A DNA stretch of 64,000 nt, taken from NCBI GenBank assembly GCA_964490395.1, contig CAZBAS010000001.1, positions 147,815 to 211,814 of the forward strand, read 5' to 3'. Position numbers and translations under genes: made by a program. This document shows positions 1-8,421 of the stretch, one piece after another; position 1 is the first letter of the stretch; every line of letters starts with the position of its first letter. Under the pieces are notes generated by a model. The model was not told the DNA's origin, made no database searches, and was given only the letters and a program-made list of their open reading frames with translations. Source of the DNA: an uncultured Candidatus Saccharibacteria bacterium. Its GTDB lineage: Bacteria > Patescibacteriota > Doudnabacteria > UBA920.

Positions 1-14
1 GAAACCAAAAACGT

Positions 15-605
15 ATGATTCTGTCCGACCGTGACATAAAAAAAGCTATTTCAGAAGGGCGTATAGTAATTGACCCAATGTTTCCCAATAGCCTTCAACC
101 AGCTTCGGTTGATGTGCATTTGGCAGCAGAGTTTTTGATATTCAAAAACAGTGAGCACCTTTGCATTGATCCAAAAGAACCCATTGACGAAATGATGGAA
201 GAGGTAGTAATTGGCGATGAAAAGCAATTTATCTTGCACCCCGGTGAATTTGCTCTGGGCATGACTTATGAGGTGCTTGGCGTTGCCGATGACATGGTTG
301 GTCGTTTGGAAGGTAAGTCTAGTCTCGGTCGAATGGGGCTCATAATTCATGCGACGGCCGGATATCTAGATCCCGGCAACCAGCTTAAGATGACCTTGGA
401 ACTTCACAACATTTCAAACTTACCTATAAAGCTATATTACAAAATGCCCATCGCCCAAATATCATTCACCCCACTTTCTGGGCATGCCGAACATCCTTAT
501 GGAAAAGATGCTTTAAATAGTAAGTATTACAAAGCAGCAAAACCTCAAGCAAGCCAGTACTACAAGAATTTTTTAAAAAATAACGATTGGATTACGTTTA
601 AGTGA
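15..605 (+). CDS. dcd: dCTP deaminase
   Basis: 196 aa, ATG start. The N-terminus MILSDRDIKKAISEGRIVIDPMFP...ASVDVHL matches the Dcd/dUTPase-superfamily N-terminus. First gene of a thymidylate operon. Confidence 0.8.
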   Translation: MILSDRDIKKAISEGRIVIDPMFPNSLQPASVDVHLAAEFLIFKNSEHLCIDPKEPIDEMMEEVVIGDEKQFILHPGEFALGMTYEVLGVADDMVGRLEGKSSLGRMGLIIHATAGYLDPGNQLKMTLELHNISNLPIKLYYKMPIAQISFTPLSGHAEHPYGKDALNSKYYKAAKPQASQYYKNFLKNNDWITFK

Positions 606-679
606 CATACATATAATTCAGGCCGCAGGTTACTTTTGTCACTGTTGCCCATTTTTGTTCAATTTTATTACTTCCTCTT

Positions 680-1132
680 ATGATTTCTCAAATAAAACTA
701 ATTAAGCTTCTGCAAGAAGGCGTGCTCGGCATAGACCCATTTATGCCAGAAAACATTAAAGGCCCCGCCATAAAAATTCACATTGGTACTTGGTACCAAA
801 TGCCACAGGAAAAAGCTATAGACGTAGATATGCTCCATAGCGTTCCCGCGCCAACTAAAATAGAAGCAACCGAGCTTCACATACTGCCAAACCAGATGGT
901 ACTCGCCAAAACGCTTGAGCATATTCGCATACCAGAAGGTTATGTTGGCTGGCTTGAAACTCGCGGCACCGCTGCAAATGTCGGTCTCCAGGCACACCTA
1001 ACAGACGCCCACTTAGATCCCGGTACCGACATGCAGCCATGGCTCCAAATAAAAAACCAGAGCGACCATACCCTAGTACTCCGCCATGGTACCTACGTAG
1101 CAAAGTTGTATTTATTTGAGCTAACGGATTAA
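680..1132 (+). CDS. dCTP deaminase-like paralog (dUTPase superfamily, shorter)
   Basis: 150 aa. MISQIKLIKLLQEGVLGIDPF...IKIHIG resembles the Dcd N-terminus but is more diverged. It lies between dcd and dut. Confidence 0.55.
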   Translation: MISQIKLIKLLQEGVLGIDPFMPENIKGPAIKIHIGTWYQMPQEKAIDVDMLHSVPAPTKIEATELHILPNQMVLAKTLEHIRIPEGYVGWLETRGTAANVGLQAHLTDAHLDPGTDMQPWLQIKNQSDHTLVLRHGTYVAKLYLFELTD

Positions 1133-1172
1133 TGTTAGGTACCAATATACCAATTAATACAAAACATATTGT

Positions 1173-1628
1173 ATGAAAGCGAAAATTACTAGAGTGCTTC
1201 CAGATGCAGAGTTGCCACAGTATCATACAAAAGAATCTGCAGGATTTGATATTGCGGCAGCTGAAGATGTAATCATAGAGCCTGGACAAGTGGTAAAGGT
1301 GCGTTCAGGTTTAATTATAGAGGCGCCAGAGGGGTATTTTTTAATGCTTACCTGTCGGAGCAGTCTTTCTTCTAAGAAGGGCCTGCACCTGGCGAATGGA
1401 GTTGGTACCATAGATCGCGACTTTAGTGGGCCAGAAGACGAGTTTAAAATAATTTTGCATAATTTTACCAACCAACCCGTAAAGGTAGCTAAAGGCGAGC
1501 GACTCGTGCAAGGAATATTTTTACCGGTAAATCAAGTAGCGTGGGAAGAAGTAGAGCAGATTCGCAATGAGAGTCGTGGCGGTATGGGGAGTACGGGTGG
1601 CTATGCAGAAGCAATTTCCAATGTCTAA
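1173..1628 (+). CDS. dut: dUTP diphosphatase (dUTPase)
   Basis: 151 aa. Motifs AGFDI, RSGL, GTIDRDFSG and a C-terminal RGGMGSTG are typical trimeric-dUTPase motifs. Confidence 0.85.
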   Translation: MKAKITRVLPDAELPQYHTKESAGFDIAAAEDVIIEPGQVVKVRSGLIIEAPEGYFLMLTCRSSLSSKKGLHLANGVGTIDRDFSGPEDEFKIILHNFTNQPVKVAKGERLVQGIFLPVNQVAWEEVEQIRNESRGGMGSTGGYAEAISNV

Positions 1629-1659
1629 TTTCTAATATCTAATGTTAGGAGAAAGAGAT

Positions 1660-2331
1660 ATGAAACAAAAAGGAAAACTCATTGTTATAGATGGAACAGA
1701 TGGTAGTGGGAAGGGCACGCAGGTTGCTCTTCTTTTGCAAAGGCTTAAGAAAGAAAAATATAAAACATATTTAGTTGACTTCCCTCAGTACGGAAAAAAA
1801 TCTGCTGGCGCTGTAGAGGAGCTGCTCAATGGAAAATACGGAATGCTAAACCCGTATGCGAGTTCTCTCCTGTATGCCGTAGACAGGCTTGATGCCTCAT
1901 TTGGTATACGCAAAGCCCTTGCTGAAGGAAAGGTGGTTATTGCTAACAGATACACAACAGCCAACGCAGGGCATCAGGGTGCGAAAATAGCAAGCAGGGG
2001 GGCGCGCAAGAAATTCTTCGCTTGGCTCGATGAGTTGGAGTTTAAGATTGTCGGGCTGCCGCGTCCCCATATGACCATTTTATTGCATGTACCATATAAA
2101 ATTGCTTACGGGCTCATTGGAAAGAAAGAAGCGAGGGGCTACCTAAAAGGTAAAAAGCGAGATATCGCGGAAAAAGATAAAAATCACTTACGGCGTGCAG
2201 AGGAAACATATTTAGAAATAGCAAAGACATTTCCGAAGGTGGCTATTGTAGAGTGTGTAGAGAAAAATGTGCTTTGCACACCTGAGCAAATCCACGAGCT
2301 TGTTTGGAAAAAAGTGAAGTCATTAATCTAA
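1660..2331 (+). CDS. tmk: thymidylate kinase
   Basis: P-loop GKLIVIDGTDGSGKGTQ at the N-terminus. The start was re-assigned to the ATG at 1660 (MKQKGK) with an AGGAGAAAGAG ribosome-binding site. The track's 1642 start lies inside the CTAAT repeat. Confidence 0.85.
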   Translation: MKQKGKLIVIDGTDGSGKGTQVALLLQRLKKEKYKTYLVDFPQYGKKSAGAVEELLNGKYGMLNPYASSLLYAVDRLDASFGIRKALAEGKVVIANRYTTANAGHQGAKIASRGARKKFFAWLDELEFKIVGLPRPHMTILLHVPYKIAYGLIGKKEARGYLKGKKRDIAEKDKNHLRRAEETYLEIAKTFPKVAIVECVEKNVLCTPEQIHELVWKKVKSLI

Positions 2332-2343
2332 GCAGAAACCCAT

Positions 2344-4014
2344 ATGTTCACTGACGAAGAAAAACAACTTTTGCAGAAGTATGTTACCTCAACCGAGAGC
2401 AATGTGTATGCGGTAAAAGGTATGGAGGGGATGGTCGGTGCAGCATATGCTCGGTACTCACGAGCGAAAGGTGGTTTCCGCGAAACTCTGCTCAAAGAGT
2501 TCATAAAGGAAGGGGCTGTGGACCCAGCACATGCTGAGCAGCTCATTGAACGAATTCTCATAGCCTATGGTGATGATAGTGTGGGCGAGCTGGAAGGCGC
2601 TCATGTAAGCTTTGAGAATATTTCCTGGGTTGCGGAAAAGTCCGTGGTGGACCACCGCATTGGGGGTGCATTCATAACTCAGTCTACGCGCTACGTGCTC
2701 TATGACGAAAAAGACGAACAGGGCCATTGGCTCTATTACCGCGGTCCTGAACTCACGGAATCCACATTCGGCGCGCAATATGTGGAAACCATGGACTTTT
2801 GTTTTGAAACCTATGCGAGTTTAGTTGGGCCGCTCAAGGCGCACCTGGAGAGCCAAAAACCAATCGAAGAAGCTGAATATGATATAAACGGCGATGGTAT
2901 TAAAGAGCGACTTGCAGATCTTACGGAAGAGCGACACATAAAAGATTTTAAACGTACATATACGTTTGACCTTCGCGCCAAGGCTTGTGATATTTTGCGC
3001 TACTTACTTCCGCTTTCTGCATTCGCAAATGTAGGTGTATACGGCAATGGGCGCTTTTTTCAGAACATGATTTCCAGCATGCTTACGAGTAGCTTGCCAG
3101 AAGATCGGAATATGGGTGTGGGTGCAGAAGCAGCGCTGAAACAAATTATTCCGGTATATGTACGCAGGGCAAAGCGGAATGAGTACGTTGCAAGTACTCA
3201 TGTTCGCATGCGGGAATTGGTGCGTACACTTAATCTTCCCACAGAAGAAAGAGTGGCTGAGCCAGAGTACTTACTGGCGGACTTTTCCGGGACAGTCGAA
3301 CTACTCGTTAATCATGGTAGGCCAGTTCGAGTTGCTATGGAACAAGCGCGAGACGTACAGACGCTCGCGCAAATGATATACCCATACGCGCAGTGCTCAC
3401 TGGAGCATATAATAGAGGTTGTATTAAAATTAGATATAAACGCTCGGACAACTATACAACAAACGTATATTGGTGAGCGTGCTACCAGAAGAGATAGGCC
3501 GGGCCGTGCACTAGAAGAAGGGTATCCGTATACATTTGATTTACTCACCGACTTTGGGGTATATAAAGACTTACAACGCCACCGCATGTCTACGCAGCAA
3601 AGGCAACTCTATACCGTACGGCATGGGTTCCTCATGCCCGAAGAATTAATAGCATTGGGCAAACAGGCAGAAGTGGAGGAGTGTATACGTCGCAGTGAAG
3701 CGTTGTTTGAAACTATGTACACGCAGAGTCCTGAGCTTGCTCAGTATGCAGTCTTGCATGGTCACTTAGTGCGCTGGACCATAGGTCTTAATGATCGTTC
3801 AGCAATGCATATGTTTGAACTCCGAAGTACGCCGCAGGGGCACCCGCACTATCGTAAGGCAGCGCAGGCAATGCACAAGCTCGTGTCGGAACGAAGCTCG
3901 TGGCGGGGTAGCGCAATGCAGTTTGTGGATCATAACGACTACTACTGGTCACGCGCGGACAGCGAAGCAAGGCAGCGGGTTAAAGAAGCTGCTCTGGAGA
4001 ACAGGAGTAAATAG
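2344..4014 (+). CDS. thyX: flavin-dependent thymidylate synthase ThyX, tandem-duplicated long form
   Basis: 556 aa, about twice the canonical ThyX length. The C-terminal half carries the canonical RHRMSTQQRQ (RHRx7S) signature. The N-terminal half carries a degenerate DHRIGGAFITQSTRY copy. Confidence 0.7.
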   Translation: MFTDEEKQLLQKYVTSTESNVYAVKGMEGMVGAAYARYSRAKGGFRETLLKEFIKEGAVDPAHAEQLIERILIAYGDDSVGELEGAHVSFENISWVAEKSVVDHRIGGAFITQSTRYVLYDEKDEQGHWLYYRGPELTESTFGAQYVETMDFCFETYASLVGPLKAHLESQKPIEEAEYDINGDGIKERLADLTEERHIKDFKRTYTFDLRAKACDILRYLLPLSAFANVGVYGNGRFFQNMISSMLTSSLPEDRNMGVGAEAALKQIIPVYVRRAKRNEYVASTHVRMRELVRTLNLPTEERVAEPEYLLADFSGTVELLVNHGRPVRVAMEQARDVQTLAQMIYPYAQCSLEHIIEVVLKLDINARTTIQQTYIGERATRRDRPGRALEEGYPYTFDLLTDFGVYKDLQRHRMSTQQRQLYTVRHGFLMPEELIALGKQAEVEECIRRSEALFETMYTQSPELAQYAVLHGHLVRWTIGLNDRSAMHMFELRSTPQGHPHYRKAAQAMHKLVSERSSWRGSAMQFVDHNDYYWSRADSEARQRVKEAALENRSK

Positions 4015-4118
4015 TTGTAGGTGTGTGGCGGCGAGTTTGGTCTAACGGTGATGGTTGTATGGCCCTAATACCTAAAACTTCATACCATACTGGCCGCTCC
4101 AAACATTTAACCACCATT

Positions 4119-4670
4119 ATGAAAGTAACTGAAATAATTTCATATGAAGTAAAACGGTATAAGCGCGCAAAGCATGTGCGTATTTCAGTGAAACCTGGTG
4201 GTAGGGTGGTGGTTACTCTGCCGTGGCGCGCGCCAAAATATTTGGCAGACGAGTTTGTACAAAAGCAAATGGCCTGGATAGCGAAGGCCAGAGAAAAGAT
4301 GGTCCAGGTGGAGCCAGTAAAACGCTCGGGAACTACGGAGGAGTATAAAAAATATAAAAAAGAAGCGTTAAAAGTTTTTACCCAGCGGTTGGCAGAGATA
4401 AATACGTACTATCAATTCTCATACGCACGCGTTTCTGTGCGTAACCAAAAAACCCGTTGGGGGAGTTGTTCTAAAACGGGTACACTCAGTTTTAGCTATC
4501 GGTTATTACTACTGCCACAAGCAGTGCGCGACTACGTGCTTGTGCATGAACTCTGCCATACAAAAGAAATGAACCATTCAAAAAAGTTTTGGGCGCTGGT
4601 GGGGCAAACTATCCCAGACTATAAACAACTTAGACGGCAACTGCAAACGTATAGCAATGTGCCCATCTAA
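4119..4670 (+). CDS. YgjP/DUF45-like (M48/WLM-type) zinc metallohydrolase
   Basis: HELCHTKEMNHS HExxH-type motif near the C-terminus. Start re-assigned to the ATG at 4119 (MKVTEIIS). The track start at 4023 is GTG. Confidence 0.6.
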   Translation: MKVTEIISYEVKRYKRAKHVRISVKPGGRVVVTLPWRAPKYLADEFVQKQMAWIAKAREKMVQVEPVKRSGTTEEYKKYKKEALKVFTQRLAEINTYYQFSYARVSVRNQKTRWGSCSKTGTLSFSYRLLLLPQAVRDYVLVHELCHTKEMNHSKKFWALVGQTIPDYKQLRRQLQTYSNVPI

Positions 4671-4727
4671 AGATAGACCCCTAGAGCATCTGTTGCCTGG
4701 TGGGTCTATTTTTGTCATCATGTGTAC

Positions 4728-5666
4728 ATGAATCTCTTACTTACGCTATTTTTCGCAATGTGGCCGCTGTATATCTTGGTTTTGTTAGGGGTGGTGGCTA
4801 AGCGGTTTCTCGCAGTTGAGTCCAAGTCCATTGCATCCTTGGTTGTGTATATACTTGCTCCCATAATTACGTTTCATGCTGTTGCAACGACACCGTTGAC
4901 CGTTGGTGCACTTTCCTTGCCAGTAGTCATGCTTGCCATTGCGCTTATAAGTTCGGCCCTGTTTTTTGCAGTAGGAGCTTGGGCATTTGGGAAAGGGAGC
5001 AGTCGGCAGTATTTACTGGCAGCTACCGCAGGAAGTAGCAATGCAGGCTATTTTGGTCTTGGCCTTGCGCTAGTACTGTTTCCAAAAGACCAGGTTAATT
5101 TAGTTATTCTTTCTATACTTGGTTCCATAGTGTTTCTCCATACATTTGGATTTTATCTGACTGCGCGCGGTAAGTTTACTGCCAAAGAGTCTTTCCATAG
5201 ACTGCTGCGTTTGCCAGTTATATACGCCTTTCTCCTTGGCTTGCTCGTTCATGCCGTACCTGTTTCATTTGGTCCTCACTACCTGGAAGTTATGAGTTGG
5301 TTCCGCGGGTCGTATACTGTACTTGGCATGATGATAGTCGGCTTGAGTGTTGCGACTATAGGGGGAGAGGTGTTCGATAAAAGATTTACCGCACTTTCTC
5401 TTGTGGCAAAGTTTCTGCTTTGGCCTTTGTTGGCCCTAGGGGTGCTGTGCGTGAATAGATACTATGTTCACTGGTACAACGCGCAGGCACAAGAAGTGAT
5501 ATGGCTTCTCTCCATAGTTCCCATAGCCACCAACACCGTCACGTATGCTAACCTACTAGAAATACATTCGGACGTGTCTGCCGTAAGTGTGCTCGTAAGT
5601 ACCATGCTTGCGCTGGCGTATATTCCGCTTATGTGGCCCGTAGTGCATTTGTTTGCTACCCGATAG
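4728..5666 (+). CDS. AEC-family (auxin efflux carrier-like) membrane transporter
   Basis: About 310 aa, roughly 10 predicted TM helices, with the composition and length of the AEC/malate-permease family. ATG at 4728 follows the track's GTG at 4722. Confidence 0.45.
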   Translation: MNLLLTLFFAMWPLYILVLLGVVAKRFLAVESKSIASLVVYILAPIITFHAVATTPLTVGALSLPVVMLAIALISSALFFAVGAWAFGKGSSRQYLLAATAGSSNAGYFGLGLALVLFPKDQVNLVILSILGSIVFLHTFGFYLTARGKFTAKESFHRLLRLPVIYAFLLGLLVHAVPVSFGPHYLEVMSWFRGSYTVLGMMIVGLSVATIGGEVFDKRFTALSLVAKFLLWPLLALGVLCVNRYYVHWYNAQAQEVIWLLSIVPIATNTVTYANLLEIHSDVSAVSVLVSTMLALAYIPLMWPVVHLFATR

Positions 5667-5722
5667 TATGCCAATTTAAAAAACCATTCCGTTACGCGGA
5701 ATGGTTTTTTATAATGGAGGGT

Positions 5723-6223
5723 TTATGCTTGCGGTTTGCTGTCTTCACCGCGCCAGGCTTCGGCAGTGCCTATGTCGTGGCGACCGGACGCTTTTATATA
5801 GAGGAAGAATTGCATGCGGTATGCTGCCATATTCTTTAGAACATTGTCTATGAGCAACACACCTTTTGGCTGCGCGTGGCCGCTGCCCCACATGTCGAAC
5901 TCTTTTGCTATGTCGGAGTCACTCAGAGATGCGAGTAAATCTTGAATCTTTTTTCCCTCTGCATCCATGCGCTCGGCGAAGTTCTCTGCGGTAGTTTCTG
6001 CAGCGTATGCTCCAGAATTGGACAGCACTTCTCGGTTCTCCGTAACAATGAGCTCTAACAATGTGCCGCCAATATGAGACAGATACTGCATAAGTTCCAG
6101 CAGGGAACGTTGTTTTTCTGTAGGGCGATAGTCCAATGTGCCGGGGAGTATCTTGGTTGCTAAATGTTTTATTACCTTCACTTCATGAAGAAGGCTCTGT
6201 TCGTACTGTTGCTTCGTTATCAT
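5723..6223 (-). CDS. hypothetical protein, DinB/YfiT-like helical bundle (degenerate)
   Basis: 166 aa. The C-terminal segment NMAAYRMQFFLYIKASG parallels the HHRGQ region of the DinB-family protein at 17692, but the His residues are missing. Confidence 0.3.
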   Translation of the reverse strand: MITKQQYEQSLLHEVKVIKHLATKILPGTLDYRPTEKQRSLLELMQYLSHIGGTLLELIVTENREVLSNSGAYAAETTAENFAERMDAEGKKIQDLLASLSDSDIAKEFDMWGSGHAQPKGVLLIDNVLKNMAAYRMQFFLYIKASGRHDIGTAEAWRGEDSKPQA

Positions 6224-6610
6224 GGGGCTATGTTATTACTGATATTGCCTGAATATCTTACCAAATGCTTCTTCATGTGCGCAAATGCTTCATATATTTT
6301 TCACCACTTTTTTATAAAATAACCAGGTAGGATGTGAAAGGACTCATATGCATACACAAAGCCAAGAGCAACTTTCTTGACTGGATATCCGCTCAGAATC
6401 TACTACCCACAAACAACCGTGGGAGAAATGGATTAAGAGCGAGGAGGGTAACATAAAAGAACAACCCGAGCCGCACTATTGGTGGGAAGACATGAATTAA
6501 CTCTAGTGTGGAAAATAACAAGTACGTATAAAGCCGCCCGCACAGGCGGCTTTTCTGCTCTCTGGGTTAGCGTGGTACACTATGAATGCATTTTGTTTTA
6601 ACCAAAATAC

Positions 6611-6988
6611 ATGCTGCGTATATATATACGAAAATTTGAATCACGCGTACACTTGCTCCAGCAGCATAACTACAAATGGCGACCATTCAAACGCGCCCAT
6701 AAAGAACTCGTAGGAAAGACGTACCCGGACGAGATTGTTATACAGTGGAACGCAAAGTTAAAACTCCTGGTAGCGGCAGCTGCGTGTACAACCTTACTAT
6801 TTGGTGTTGGCATTGTGTATATTACCTGGTTCGTAAAAGGAGGGCGTACAGGTCTGATAATGCTTGCTTTGTTTATAGTAACTGCTCCTGCGTTATTTGT
6901 AGACGCTTTGGGGCTGGGTCTTTTGCTCTCGTTTCCTTTTCGCTGGGCGAGGCGGCGGGCTAAAAGGCGGGAAAATACCCAAATTTAG
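6611..6988 (+). CDS. hypothetical small membrane protein
   Basis: 125 aa with two hydrophobic segments. It is preceded by an intrinsic terminator-like hairpin at 6531-6556. Confidence 0.35.
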   Translation: MLRIYIRKFESRVHLLQQHNYKWRPFKRAHKELVGKTYPDEIVIQWNAKLKLLVAAAACTTLLFGVGIVYITWFVKGGRTGLIMLALFIVTAPALFVDALGLGLLLSFPFRWARRRAKRRENTQI

Positions 6989-7095
6989 GATTGGGAGACA
7001 CTTGATTTTTATAGCTATTTGTTGTAATATACGTAAGCAAATTGAATATTCGCTCCAACTTCCTTGTATATAAAAGCATAAATATTTTTCTTGGG

Positions 7096-7170
7096 GGCGC
7101 TATCATCTAATGGTTAGGATATGTGGTTTTCATCCACAAAATCCGGGTTCGATTCCCGGTAGCGCTACCA
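7096..7170 (+). tRNA. tRNA-Glu (anticodon UUC), CCA encoded
   Basis: Hand-folded cloverleaf. Acceptor GGCGCTA/TAGCGCT with G1-U72, D-stem ATCT/GGAT, anticodon stem TGTGG/CCACA with loop TTTTCAT (34-36 = TTC), T-arm CCGGG-TTCGATT-CCCGG, discriminator A, then CCA. Confidence 0.8.
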
Positions 7171-7197
7171 AGAAAAATATTTATTCTTGCACCATCC

Positions 7198-7542
7198 ATG
7201 AACATAGAAGAAAAAATACACATAGCGGAAATGGAAAAGTTTCTAGAGCGCTATGAGTTACAGCATTTTCATGTAGACGTATGGGAGAGAATCATTACCC
7301 TTGTTATAGCTGCGCTGGGCCTTATAGCAGCGCTGGCGTGGGACAAGGCCCTGCATCATGTTTTTGAAAAAATATCCGGTCATGCGGGAAGCATTCCAGA
7401 AGAGTTAACCTATGCTGTGACCATTACTGTGTTTGCAGCGCTGGTCTCTGTTCGGTTAGGTAGACTTGCCACTTCTCGGCAACAGAAATTACACCGGGCG
7501 CACGAGGTACAGAGCGCAGACCAAGACAGTGCCAGTAAGTAA
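7198..7542 (+). CDS. hypothetical small membrane protein
   Basis: The track ORF at 7123 overlaps the tRNA. Start re-assigned to the ATG at 7198 (MNIEEKIH). One TM segment. Followed by a terminator. Confidence 0.4.
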   Translation: MNIEEKIHIAEMEKFLERYELQHFHVDVWERIITLVIAALGLIAALAWDKALHHVFEKISGHAGSIPEELTYAVTITVFAALVSVRLGRLATSRQQKLHRAHEVQSADQDSASK

Positions 7543-7575
7543 TTGTTGCTAGCGGCATCGGTACGCATGTTCATC

Positions 7576-7606
7576 AAAAGCACCAAACATACCGTTTGGT
7601 GCTTTT
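7576..7606 (+). terminator. Rho-independent terminator
   Basis: AAAAGCACCAAAC-ATACC-GTTTGGTGCTTTT followed by GATTTT. Confidence 0.6.
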
Positions 7607-7821
7607 GATTTTATACAGTACGTAAGCCGTAGCATAACTATTGGTAGTGTGCACAGGCTCAAGGCGGGTTGTCATTGTACACCTTTTCCAGTAAAGATGC
7701 TGAGGTTTGGCGGCTAAAGTTTGGTTAACGTAAAATTGTTTTTGTTGTTTACAGAAAACAAAAAAGATGGTTTAATTAAAGTCTAGAAATTCACATTTAA
7801 AGAAATAAATAGAGTACACCT

Positions 7822-8403
7822 ATGAATATACGAAATATAGTTGTGGTGGCTACTGCTGTGTGTTTGCTGGCGGCGGGCTGCTCCAAGACTAAAACGGAAA
7901 CGCAAACACCTCCACCCGCTGCTACGGGGGATAGCGCTACTGCGTCAATAAACATAGCTAAAGAACTGGACCCAACCCAAAACTGGATTCGGTTTTACCC
8001 GAGCGAGACAGTAAAGCTTAATTTACTTTTCCCTCTTACTTGGTTTGGTGATGAAGACAACGACGACACTCACTTCATACTGCGCACCCGAAAAGGTGCA
8101 GATGGAAGCAGGGTAGATGACGTTATTATGGACTTTACGGTAACTTCGTTAACTGCCAAAACTCTTACCGATCAAGTTACAGCCGACATGAAAGGCTCTA
8201 AAGATATGAGCCCTGTTACCACGACCATGACGGATAGTGGTACAACTTATGCATTTGCTACCTATGTAAATACTTCGGGTAAGCCCACGCTCGGTGTAGC
8301 AGTACCTTACCAGAACAACCAGTATATACACCTCAAGGTTACCGGTAACATTGCTCACCCATATGTGGGCAGAATTATACAAAGCCTAACCATAACTAAG
8401 TAG
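7822..8403 (+). CDS. lipoprotein, function unknown
   Basis: Signal peptide with lipobox LLAAGC (MNIRNIVVVATAVCLLAAGCSK). Confidence 0.5.
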   Translation: MNIRNIVVVATAVCLLAAGCSKTKTETQTPPPAATGDSATASINIAKELDPTQNWIRFYPSETVKLNLLFPLTWFGDEDNDDTHFILRTRKGADGSRVDDVIMDFTVTSLTAKTLTDQVTADMKGSKDMSPVTTTMTDSGTTYAFATYVNTSGKPTLGVAVPYQNNQYIHLKVTGNIAHPYVGRIIQSLTITK

Positions 8404-8421
8404 GGTAAAGGATCCATAGCT

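Noticed and set aside
698-1471. Antisense ORFs 698..997, 855..1289 and 1223..1471 inside the dcd-like and dut genes
   Set aside because: They overlap well-supported sense genes carrying family motifs, and show no motifs or ribosome-binding sites. They are typical shadow ORFs.
6340-6460. Possible 36-aa minus-strand peptide (MLPSSLLIHFSHGCLWVVDSERISSQESCSWLCVCI)
   Set aside because: No SD and odd Cys/Trp composition. The region is better explained as a non-coding leader or sRNA.
7123-7197. 5' extension of track ORF 7123..7542 (MVFIHKIRVRFPVALPRKIF...)
   Set aside because: It overlaps tRNA-Glu (7096-7170) on the same strand. The downstream ATG at 7198 gives a sensible small protein.
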